From positions 51,896 to 115,895 of the forward strand of contig JBCCEW010000014.1 in NCBI GenBank assembly GCA_039030075.1: a stretch of 64,000 nt of DNA, read 5' to 3'. Position 1 is the stretch's first letter; each line of letters opens with the position of its first letter. Shown one piece after another: positions 7,795 to 15,191 of this stretch. The stretch comes from Myxococcota bacterium (GTDB lineage Bacteria; Myxococcota_A; UBA9160; SMWR01). The translations under genes and the position numbers were made by a program. Under the pieces are notes generated by a model. It was not told the origin of the DNA, did no database searches, and saw only the letters and a list, made by a program, of their open reading frames with translations.

Positions 7795-8239
7795 GGCGTT
7801 CCCAGCGTCTTGCGGGACGCAGACACGCGGCCCGCAACCAGCCCCAACCCCGCGCGGAAGCGGACGCCAAACGCACGGGACGCGCCTCGCCCAGACGCGG
7901 CCCGCGCTCCACGGCAACGCCCAGGACATCACCGGGGGCGACCCAACCGTCGGCCTGGATCCGCGCGTCGCCAATCAGCTTCCAGCCCGCCGGTCGACGG
8001 CGGACCACGCGGTGCAACACCGGCCGCCCGCCCACGTCGGCGAGCACGATGTCTCCGAGCACGACGTCGCGCGCTTCACGCGCTTCGATCCGCAGCTCGT
8101 CTCCGGGACGCAGGGTCGGACGCATCGAGTGCCCGCCCGCGCGCAGACGCAGGGGCCCGCGGGCCAACGCAGCCCGCAGCAGCGGCAGCTCGGGGGTCTC
8201 GCTGCGCTCCGTCTTGGTGGGGCCGGAGGCCAGCGTCAC
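7706..8239 (-). CDS. S24/S26-family (signal-peptidase-I-like) serine peptidase
   Basis: GGHSMRPTLRPGD matches the SPase I box B (GxSMxPTL, catalytic Ser). WKLIGD resembles the Lys box. The GTG start at 8239 overlaps the upstream stop (GTGA). The R-rich C-terminal tail of about 60 aa overlaps the converging permease gene. Confidence 0.7.
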   Translation of the reverse strand: MTLASGPTKTERSETPELPLLRAALARGPLRLRAGGHSMRPTLRPGDELRIEAREARDVVLGDIVLADVGGRPVLHRVVRRRPAGWKLIGDARIQADGWVAPGDVLGVAVERGPRLGEARPVRLASASARGWGWLRAACLRPARRWERLRRARDHHAVPRGAAPSGSRPAKAGVRQG

Positions 8240-9120
8240 GCCGACGCGGCCGCCGGCTGACGCCAGGCGTACGGCACGACGGATGGCGCCTTCGGGAAGT
8301 GGAGATCTCCGATCGGCACCTCGCGCACCAGCTCGTCGACCAGGTCGAGGGTGCGTGCGGCCGCGATCGGGTCGTGCGCGGGCAGGAAGGCGTTGCCGAG
8401 CACGGCCGCAGCCGCCGCCGCTCCCGCGAGCGGGGCCGCCTCCAGGCTACCGGCCTGGTGGATCGCGTGGATCGACGCCAACCGCACCCGTCGTCGTGAG
8501 GCCAGCGGTGCGTCGCCATGCCAGGGCGTCCCGCAGACCTCGAACCCGGAGTCGGGTCGCTTCCACAGCACGATCCGATCGTCCGAGAGCACCTCGCAGT
8601 CGCCACGACCGAGTTCGAGACGCGCGACCGTCGTCTTCCCGGCGCCCGAGCGCCCGGTGTAGAGGCGTGCGCGCTCGCCCCGCGCGACCCCACAGGCATG
8701 CAGCAGGAGCCCTCCACAGCGCGCAAGGCGGTGCAGATAGATCAGCTCGTCGAGCGGATACGCGAGCGGGTAGAGCACCTCGCGCACGTAGAACGAGTCG
8801 GCAGCCACCTCGACGACACCGTTCTGGAACTCCGCGTCGAAGCGCGCCACGCGGAGCAGCTCGCCCCGCACCGCGAGGCTGAACACCCAGCCGTCGTCGA
8901 CGCGAGCGACGTCGAAGATGCCGCCCTCCGAGTCATAGGCCAGCGCGGCCCGCGGAGGCGCTTCGAGACGATCCCGCACGGCGACCCGGACGCGCACGTC
9001 CGCGTCCTCCGGCGTCGAGGCGAAGCGCAGCAGCGGCCCGTCGGGCCACTCCCAGGGCAACGCGTCCGGCACCTCGATGGCCATTCGCAGCCCGGCCACC
9101 TCGAGCCCGCGGAAGCTCAC
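8236..9120 (-). CDS. HPr kinase/phosphorylase C-terminal-domain-like P-loop protein (HprK-related kinase)
   Basis: LLLHACGVARGERARLYTGRSGAGKTTVARLELGRGDCEVLSDDRIVL follows the HprK pattern hHG..v...G.gvl..G.SG.GKS..a..L...G..lvaDD. GTG at 9120 overlaps the peptide stop (GTGA). ATG at 9084 is an alternative start. Confidence 0.75.
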   Translation of the reverse strand: MSFRGLEVAGLRMAIEVPDALPWEWPDGPLLRFASTPEDADVRVRVAVRDRLEAPPRAALAYDSEGGIFDVARVDDGWVFSLAVRGELLRVARFDAEFQNGVVEVAADSFYVREVLYPLAYPLDELIYLHRLARCGGLLLHACGVARGERARLYTGRSGAGKTTVARLELGRGDCEVLSDDRIVLWKRPDSGFEVCGTPWHGDAPLASRRRVRLASIHAIHQAGSLEAAPLAGAAAAAAVLGNAFLPAHDPIAAARTLDLVDELVREVPIGDLHFPKAPSVVPYAWRQPAAASA

Positions 9121-9302
9121 GACCCGATGTTCAGACACATCACGGTCGGCTGGCTCGACTGCGCACACGTTCCCGCGGCGCCGCCGAACCCCCCGGCCAG
9201 ATTGTCCATCTTGCAGTTGTCCGGGAAGCTCGCCATGACGTCGAGCTCGACGACGCGAATCTCCGGCGCCTCGTAGGGGCGCTTCTTTGCCTCGTCGCTC
9301 AC
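9117..9302 (-). CDS. Candidate RiPP precursor peptide (61 aa, 3 Cys, C-terminal Ser)
   Basis: GTG at 9302 lies 6 nt after GGAGG (9313-9309) and overlaps the rSAM stop (GTGA). Product: (M)SDEAKKRPYEAPEIRVVELDVMASFPDNCKMDNLAGGFGGAAGTCAQSSQPTVMCLNIGS. Its stop overlaps the next gene's GTG. In the track it is hidden inside ORF 9117-9554. Confidence 0.6.
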   Translation of the reverse strand: MSDEAKKRPYEAPEIRVVELDVMASFPDNCKMDNLAGGFGGAAGTCAQSSQPTVMCLNIGS

Positions 9303-10504
9303 CCGATGCCTCCGATCTGCAGGAGCGTCCCGCTTCCGCAGCCTCCGCCGCTCGACCCACAGCCACCACCACTCGCGCAGCTCCCGCATCCGGTCGGCGC
9401 CGGGGCGGCGTCGTCGAGCGCCCCCCCGTAGGTCTGTTCGCGCACCGCGGTCAGGGAGCACTGGAACTCGACGTGGGACTGCTGGTTCTGGGTCTCCCAG
9501 AGCGCCACGCCCGGGCAGTTGTGACAGGTCGACCGGCTCGCACAGGAGCTGCACTTCGCGTCGGGCTCGCGTTCGATCGCGCGGATCTTCGGGAACTCCT
9601 GTTCGTAGATCTCACGCAGAGGCCGTTCGCGCAGGCTGTGGCGGAAGTTCTTCACCATCAGGCAGACCTGGACGTTGCCCGTCGGATCCACGTGCAGGGA
9701 GTTCTTCCCCGCGCCGCAGGTGAAGAGCTTCTGACCCTCGGGCGGATTCTCGCGTTGCTCGCCGAGGTACTGGGACCAGGCCCGGTCCTTCTCAGCGTCT
9801 CCCTGCTCGAGTGCGACGATCTGCTCCGGGCTGAGACGCAGCGCGTGGGGATGCTTCTCGCCGCGCATGGTCGCGAGGATGGCCGGGTCGTAGCGGAACT
9901 CGATCCCCAGGTCCTTCGCAAAGGCCTGGAGCCCGGGAATCTCGTGGGCGTTCTCGGTGGTGGCGGGGCACTTGAGCGCGAGCGGGTGTCCCGCCGCCAG
10001 CACGCGCGCGATGCCGTCCATACAGCGGTCGTACGAACCCTTCACCGCGACGACCTGCTCGTACACTTCGCGCGTGAGCCCGTAGAGCGAGATCTCGACC
10101 ATCGCGGGCGGCAGTTCGTCCCAGAGCGCGATGATCCGGTCGTTGATCAGCGTCCCGTTCGTGAAGACCGTGACGAGCATTCCGCGCTGCTTCGCGTGGC
10201 GGTAGATCTCGGGGAAGTCCTTGCGGAGGAGCGGATCGCCACCCGTGAGCAACAGGAATAGACATCCCATCGACACCATCTCATCGATGACGTCGATGAT
10301 CTCGCTCGTGGAGAGCTCCTCGGAGCGCTCGCTGGGCGGGCAATAGCAGTGCGTGCAATGCAGGTTGCAGCGATAGGTCAGCTCGATCGATCCGGAGATC
10401 AGCGTGCGATTCCGGGCGATCCGCGCCTTGTAGTCGCGACCGATGGCCGCGCTCTCGACTCCCGCCAGCGTGCTGTTGCGCGTGAGGGCGCGCGCGAAAT
10501 TCAT
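9299..10504 (-). CDS. Radical SAM/SPASM-domain peptide-modifying enzyme
   Basis: ATG at 10504 lies 5 nt after AGGAGG and overlaps the PqqD stop (ATGA). rSAM motif YRCNLHCTHCY (CX3CX2C). SPASM pattern CGAGKNSLHVDPTGNVQVC ... CSSCASRSTCHNC ... C. Unusual Cys/Gly-rich C-terminal tail. Confidence 0.9.
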   Translation of the reverse strand: MNFARALTRNSTLAGVESAAIGRDYKARIARNRTLISGSIELTYRCNLHCTHCYCPPSERSEELSTSEIIDVIDEMVSMGCLFLLLTGGDPLLRKDFPEIYRHAKQRGMLVTVFTNGTLINDRIIALWDELPPAMVEISLYGLTREVYEQVVAVKGSYDRCMDGIARVLAAGHPLALKCPATTENAHEIPGLQAFAKDLGIEFRYDPAILATMRGEKHPHALRLSPEQIVALEQGDAEKDRAWSQYLGEQRENPPEGQKLFTCGAGKNSLHVDPTGNVQVCLMVKNFRHSLRERPLREIYEQEFPKIRAIEREPDAKCSSCASRSTCHNCPGVALWETQNQQSHVEFQCSLTAVREQTYGGALDDAAPAPTGCGSCASGGGCGSSGGGCGSGTLLQIGGIG

Positions 10505-10803
10505 GCAGGACCTCCTGGTTCGGGGACTTCGCTTCCGGCCAGACAACCCGCCGCAAGCAGTTCGCCGAGGAAGCGCTCGACATCGCTCCGGGCCCGATCG
10601 ACATCGACGTCGAAGGACGCCGCCACCGCGTCGGCCAGCGCCGCGGTGTCGCGCGCCCCATCGATGTGTTCCCACACGAAAGTGCCGACCTCATTCAAGG
10701 TGAACAGGGCCATCTCGCGTGCACGCCGGGTCGCCGGAACGAGAATCGTCTCGTCGGCGATGCGTCGCGCAATGATGCCTTCTTCTCGCACCGGAGCGGT
10801 CAC
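10501..10803 (-). CDS. PqqD-family protein (RiPP recognition element-like)
   Basis: 100 aa from GTG 10803 (GTGA overlap with the upstream stop). GIIARRIADETILVP...MALFTLNEVGTFVWEHIDGARDTAALADAVAASFDVDVDRARSDVERFLGELLAAGCL is the typical PqqD winged-helix pattern. Confidence 0.8.
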   Translation of the reverse strand: MTAPVREEGIIARRIADETILVPATRRAREMALFTLNEVGTFVWEHIDGARDTAALADAVAASFDVDVDRARSDVERFLGELLAAGCLAGSEVPEPGGPA

Positions 10804-11942
10804 GCGTCGCCCCCCGGTCGGGAGCGCCAGGCATGCAGCGGATGCGCATCGGGGCGGCGCCCGGGCTCGGAGAACCAGGCTTCGCCGGGCGATGCGGCCC
10901 AGGCCGCCGTCCGTGCGACGTCCCACCAGCTCTCGCCGAGCAGGAGCTTCACGGTCCAGGCCCGGCGCTGATGACGCGGCTCCTGCGCGGTCCGCGCGAG
11001 ACTCCGATGCAGGAGCCGCTTGCGCACCGGGCCGGGCGCCAGCTCCGACAGCACTTCTTTCGGGATCGGCGTTCGGAGCAGCTCGCGGGTCGCGGCAAAC
11101 GCCGCGTAGAGCGGACGGCGCACGCGCCAACGCGCAGCCTCGCGCAGGAGCCCTTCCCAATCGGGCTCGCGCCGGGTCAGCAGCCGGTGCAGATCGACGA
11201 GCCAGATCCACCGCTCGAGGGTGTGACGCGTCGCGTGCAAGGACGTGAACAGGATCGCGCCGAGCTCGGTCTGGCGGCGGGTCCCGTCGTCGGATTCCTC
11301 GCAGAGGCTTCCGAGAAAGTCGGCTCCGGAGACGGCGAACTCGCGCATCAGGCTTTCCTTGCCTGCCCACGCCCAGTGCAACTCGACGAAGAGATCGGCA
11401 CCGGACACGCGGCGGTGGAAGGCCACCTCATGTCCTCCGGCCACACGCGCAGCGCTGTCGTTCACCGGCCGGAAGCCGCGGCTCTCGAGCAGCGCGAAAG
11501 CGGGCTCTCGGTGGGCCGGATCGACGATCAGGTCGAGGTCGTCCATCGGGCGGGTGCCGCAGTCGGGATACAGCGGATCGGATCCGGTGACGAAGGCCCA
11601 GCCCTTGAGCGGGGCCGCGGGAATCCCGGCCGCCGCGAGTTCTTCGAAGAGCGACGCGGAGGTCTCGAGCGCGATCAGGTTCTTGCGCAGCGATGCGTAG
11701 TAGATGCGCTCACAGGCGCTGCGGAACGAGCTGGGCAGCGGGTCGGCGATGCGCCCGGCCTCGAGCGCGCGATGCAGCAGCGGAGCCACGCGCGCGCGCT
11801 CGGCGGCCCGCAGCACGGCGCGGGGCTCGAACGGATCGAGGTCATCGAAGGGATCTCCGGGCCGGATCGAGCCCTCGCACGCGCGCAGCAGATGCGCGAG
11901 CCAGCGCTGGGCAGGTTTTCCCGTTCTCGGGAGCACGATCAC
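10800..11942 (-). CDS. Nucleotidyltransferase family protein (NTP_transf_5 / PF14907-like)
   Basis: PLKGWAFVTGSDPLYPDCGTRPMDDLDLIVDP...ALLESRGF fits the LKG...YP...R...DlDlLV motif of the uncharacterised nucleotidyltransferase family. GTG at 11942 lies 8 nt after GGAGGA. Confidence 0.75.
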   Translation of the reverse strand: MIVLPRTGKPAQRWLAHLLRACEGSIRPGDPFDDLDPFEPRAVLRAAERARVAPLLHRALEAGRIADPLPSSFRSACERIYYASLRKNLIALETSASLFEELAAAGIPAAPLKGWAFVTGSDPLYPDCGTRPMDDLDLIVDPAHREPAFALLESRGFRPVNDSAARVAGGHEVAFHRRVSGADLFVELHWAWAGKESLMREFAVSGADFLGSLCEESDDGTRRQTELGAILFTSLHATRHTLERWIWLVDLHRLLTRREPDWEGLLREAARWRVRRPLYAAFAATRELLRTPIPKEVLSELAPGPVRKRLLHRSLARTAQEPRHQRRAWTVKLLLGESWWDVARTAAWAASPGEAWFSEPGRRPDAHPLHAWRSRPGGDA

Positions 11943-12029
11943 CGGTGGCGTCCTCCGAGGGCTTCGCCGCCCTCCAAGAGAACGTTTCGGCGTCGGAGCC
12001 GGATCCCTTGAGATCCATTTTCTCTATTT

Positions 12030-13208
12030 TTATTGGGGAGTTAGCAGGACGTCTGCGCGCACGGGAAGGCGCATCGGCAGCCGCGACGGGCGCGCCAGCT
12101 CCCGGTAGGCCAGCTCGATCCGGTCGAAGACCGCCTGCTCGTCGTAGAGGCGCTCGGCGCGATCTCGTCCCGCAAGGCCCAACCGCAGACGGAGCGCCGG
12201 GTCCTTCGCGAGGGCCTCGAGCGCAGCACCGAGCGCGCGCGGCCGGCGCGTCGGGACCAACCAGCCGCTCTGTCCATCCACCACGGCCTCGCGACAGCCG
12301 CGGGTGCGCGTCGCGACCACGGGTGTTGCCATCGCCTGGGCCTCGAGCAACGTCCGCGGCAAGCCCTCGCGGTGGGATGGCAGGGTCGCGACGTCCATCG
12401 CCGCGTAGAGCGGAGGAAGATCGGATTGGAGCCCGATCCAACGCGCGCCGGCGTGGCCCGCGAACACCGCCGGATCGAGCGCATCGCGCTTCACGCCGCG
12501 TTCGTCCGGCCCGACCAGCAGGAGTCGCCACCCACGACGCGCCGCCGTGGCGAGGAGCAGCTCGGGGATGCCCTTCTCCCGAACGAGCCGCCCGACGAAG
12601 CCCACCACGAAGTCGTCCGGGCCGAAGCCGAGGCTCCTGCGGATCGCGTCGCGATCGTCACGACCGAAACGCGTCGGCGAGAAGCGCGCGATGTCGATGC
12701 CATTGCCCAACGAGCGCAAGCGGTCGTTGGAGACGATGCGCTGTTGGCGCGCGGTCCGGACGTCTTCCGCGCTCTGACACAGCACCAGGTCCGCGAGTCG
12801 GGCCGAGTTGCGCTCGAGGGTCCGCCAGGTGCGGCGCACCCAGGGGCGTTGTCCCTCGTGGGAATAGAGCCCGTGGACCGTCGACACCACGCTGCGAACG
12901 CCCACCATCCGCGCGGCCAGCGCCGCCAGGGCGTTGATCTTCGGGTTGTGGGTGTGGATCAGCTCGAATCGCTCGCGGCGAAACAAACGCACGTAACGCC
13001 CGAGCGTCCGCAGATCTTCGAGTGGCTCGATCCGGCGGGAGTTCTCGACCAGATGCACGCGAAAGCCGTCGCGCCGGAGGGTCTCGACCATCGGTCCAGG
13101 ACCGCACACGACGTGGACGTCGTGTCCCGCCGCGCGCGCCTCGCGCAGCTGGGGTCGCAGCAGGAACGCGCAGAAGTAGTCGGTGTTCGCAACGTGAGCG
13201 ATTCGCAT
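12030..13208 (-). CDS. Glycosyltransferase family 4 (GT-B, group 1)
   Basis: 392 aa. MRIAHVANTDYF... N-terminus and a C-terminal EGLPRTLLEAQAMATPVVATRTRGCREAVVDGQSGWL block (E-x7-E-type GT4 motif). TAA stop. Confidence 0.9.
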   Translation of the reverse strand: MRIAHVANTDYFCAFLLRPQLREARAAGHDVHVVCGPGPMVETLRRDGFRVHLVENSRRIEPLEDLRTLGRYVRLFRRERFELIHTHNPKINALAALAARMVGVRSVVSTVHGLYSHEGQRPWVRRTWRTLERNSARLADLVLCQSAEDVRTARQQRIVSNDRLRSLGNGIDIARFSPTRFGRDDRDAIRRSLGFGPDDFVVGFVGRLVREKGIPELLLATAARRGWRLLLVGPDERGVKRDALDPAVFAGHAGARWIGLQSDLPPLYAAMDVATLPSHREGLPRTLLEAQAMATPVVATRTRGCREAVVDGQSGWLVPTRRPRALGAALEALAKDPALRLRLGLAGRDRAERLYDEQAVFDRIELAYRELARPSRLPMRLPVRADVLLTPQ

Positions 13209-13237
13209 CTGCTTCTCTCTTCCAGCGGGCGGGTTTC

Positions 13238-13309
13238 TCAGTCCACGCCCCTTTCAGTCCACTCCAAGCCCGTCAGTCCACGCCCAGGCCCGTCAGTCCA
13301 CGCCCATGC
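13238..13309. repeat. Four direct copies of TCAGTCCAC; the last two sit in 20-bp units that are 19/20 identical and duplicate the asnB 3' end
   Basis: 9-mers at 13238-13246, 13254-13262, 13273-13281 and 13293-13301. The units 13270-13289 and 13290-13309 differ at one base. The last copy contains the asnB stop codon. Confidence 0.9.
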
Positions 13310-15191
13310 GCCGCGTCCAGTCGCTCCACACGACCAGGCTCCACAGACGCCACCCGTGATCGGTGACGCCGCGGTCGTGGTCGTCGAGCATCCGCGAGAC
13401 CGATCCCACGTCGAAGACGCCCTGATCCTGCAGGCGCCGTTCGGCCAGGGTGTCGTGGGTCAGCTCGCGGAGGGGTCCGCGCAGCCACATCGAGAGCGGT
13501 GCCTCGAAGCCGTGTTTGGGGGCGCGGCGCACCTCGCGAGACAGCCAGCCACCGAAGACGTCGAGCAGCGCCGCCTTCGAGCGGGTCCCCCGGAGCTTCA
13601 GCCCGGAAGGCAGCCGCGCCACGTGCTCGACCAGGCGGTGGTCCAGGAACGGAACCCGGACCTCGAGGCCGAAGGCCATGCTGGCCCGGTCGACCTTGGT
13701 CAGCATGTCGTCGGGGAGCCCGAAGCCGAGGTCGACGCGAAGCTGGGTATCCAGAGCATCGCGGCCGCCCGCGAGCGCGTGATGTTCGTCGAAACGCTGG
13801 CGCGCGGAATCGCCGCGCCCCTCGAGGGCCGGCACCAACGACGTCTTCTGGCCGTCGCCGATCAGACGGGTCATGGCGAAGAGCCGGTCCGCCTCACCGA
13901 TCCCGTCCACCTCGAGCACGCGTCGGGCGCGGCGCACCCACTCGCCGAGCCGGGTGCTGCGATCAGGCGAGAGAGAGCGCAGCCAGGGCGCGAGCCCTCG
14001 CTCACGCGCCGCGAGCGGGAGCCGATGCCAGCGCCGCAGCCAAACGTCCGCGCGATAGCGCCGGTAGCCCGCAAACAGCTCGTCGGCGCCGTCGCCGGCA
14101 AGCGCGACGGTGACGTGATCTCGGGCGCCGCGCGCGAGGGCGTGCACGGGCACGAGGGACGAATCGGCGAAGGGCTCGTCGAGCTCCTGCAGAAGGCTCG
14201 GCACCTCGGCCCCCGCCTGGCTCGAGCTGAGCGGGATCTCGACGTGGCGCGTTCCCAACCGCGCCGCCGTGCGACGCGCGCGCAGCGACTCGTCGAAACC
14301 GGGCGCGTCCGGAAACGCGAGCGAGAAGGTGGTGAGGTCGCCGCGCTCCCGCTTGGCGAGAGCGGCGATCAGACTCGAATCGATGCCACCGGAGAGGAAG
14401 CAACCTAGCGGTACGTCGCTGCGCAGCTGGATCCGTACCGCGTCCAGCATGCGCAGCGTCAGCTCCTCACGCCAGCCCGCGTCGGGCGCACCGTCGCGAC
14501 CCGCGGGCAGGCGCCACCAACGCACGCGGCGGCTGCGTCCGGGTCGCCACTCCAAGAGACACCCGGGCGAGAGCTTCTCCACCCCCTCGAGCGCGGTCCG
14601 CGGCGCCGGCACGAAACCGAAGTCGAGGTAGGACGACAGCGCGTCCAGATCGAGACGCCGCGCAAACCTCGGGCCGGCCAATAGCCCCCGCAGCTCGGAA
14701 GCGAAGGCCACGCCGTCCTTGTCCTCGCGCAGGTAGAGAGGCTTGATCCCGAGTCGATCGCGCGCGAGCCACAGGCGCTTCTCTTCGTCGTCCCAGGCCG
14801 CAAACGCAAACATCCCGTTCAGCTCGGCGAGGACCGCGAGTCCCTCTCGCTCCAGCAGCTCGACCAGCACCTCCGTGTCCGTGCCGGTTCGCCAGGGGAA
14901 ACCGGGGAGCCGACGCCGGAGCTCGTGGTGGTTGTAGATCTCGCCGTTGAACACGATCGTGAAGCGTCCCGAGCGGCTGCGCATCGGCTGAGCACCGGCC
15001 TGGCTCGGGTCGAAGACCGCGAGGCGACGGTGCGCGAAGCCACCCGCGAAGACGTCTCCTTCGAAGGGGAACGGCGCGAAGCACGCGCTCGCACCGCCAT
15101 CGGGCCCGCGATGCGAGAGCGCCCGACCCATCGCGTCGAGCACGCCCGCGTCGACGGGTCCTCGGCCCACCCAACCGGCAATCCCACACAT
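13293..15191 (-). CDS. asnB: Asparagine synthase (glutamine-hydrolysing), EPS-locus amidotransferase type
   Basis: 632 aa. N-terminal MCGIAGWVG (Ntn Cys2 glutaminase nucleophile) and PP-loop CFLSGGIDSS. Confidence 0.9.
   Translation of the reverse strand: MCGIAGWVGRGPVDAGVLDAMGRALSHRGPDGGASACFAPFPFEGDVFAGGFAHRRLAVFDPSQAGAQPMRSRSGRFTIVFNGEIYNHHELRRRLPGFPWRTGTDTEVLVELLEREGLAVLAELNGMFAFAAWDDEEKRLWLARDRLGIKPLYLREDKDGVAFASELRGLLAGPRFARRLDLDALSSYLDFGFVPAPRTALEGVEKLSPGCLLEWRPGRSRRVRWWRLPAGRDGAPDAGWREELTLRMLDAVRIQLRSDVPLGCFLSGGIDSSLIAALAKRERGDLTTFSLAFPDAPGFDESLRARRTAARLGTRHVEIPLSSSQAGAEVPSLLQELDEPFADSSLVPVHALARGARDHVTVALAGDGADELFAGYRRYRADVWLRRWHRLPLAARERGLAPWLRSLSPDRSTRLGEWVRRARRVLEVDGIGEADRLFAMTRLIGDGQKTSLVPALEGRGDSARQRFDEHHALAGGRDALDTQLRVDLGFGLPDDMLTKVDRASMAFGLEVRVPFLDHRLVEHVARLPSGLKLRGTRSKAALLDVFGGWLSREVRRAPKHGFEAPLSMWLRGPLRELTHDTLAERRLQDQGVFDVGSVSRMLDDHDRGVTDHGWRLWSLVVWSDWTRRMGVD

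Noticed and set aside
9303-9554. Upstream extension of the peptide ORF (the full 145-aa track ORF 9117-9554)
   Set aside because: This part overlaps the 3' end of the rSAM/SPASM gene out of frame and translates to an Arg/Pro-rich string. The GTG at 9302 with its GGAGG is a far better start.
11842-12018. Small ORF MDLKGSGSDAETFSW... starting at ATG 12018 in the AT-rich gap, considered as a second precursor peptide
   Set aside because: After about 24 codons it runs out of frame through the nucleotidyltransferase gene. It has a weak RBS (AGAGAAA directly abutting the ATG) and no leader-like or Cys-rich features.
13293-15191. AsnB homologue considered as a lasso-peptide cyclase that would make the neighbouring cassette a lasso cluster
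   Set aside because: It keeps the N-terminal MCGIAG glutaminase nucleophile typical of true glutamine-dependent asparagine synthases found in EPS loci. It is separated from the cassette by a GT4 gene and two intergenic gaps. No transglutaminase-like B2 leader protease is present.
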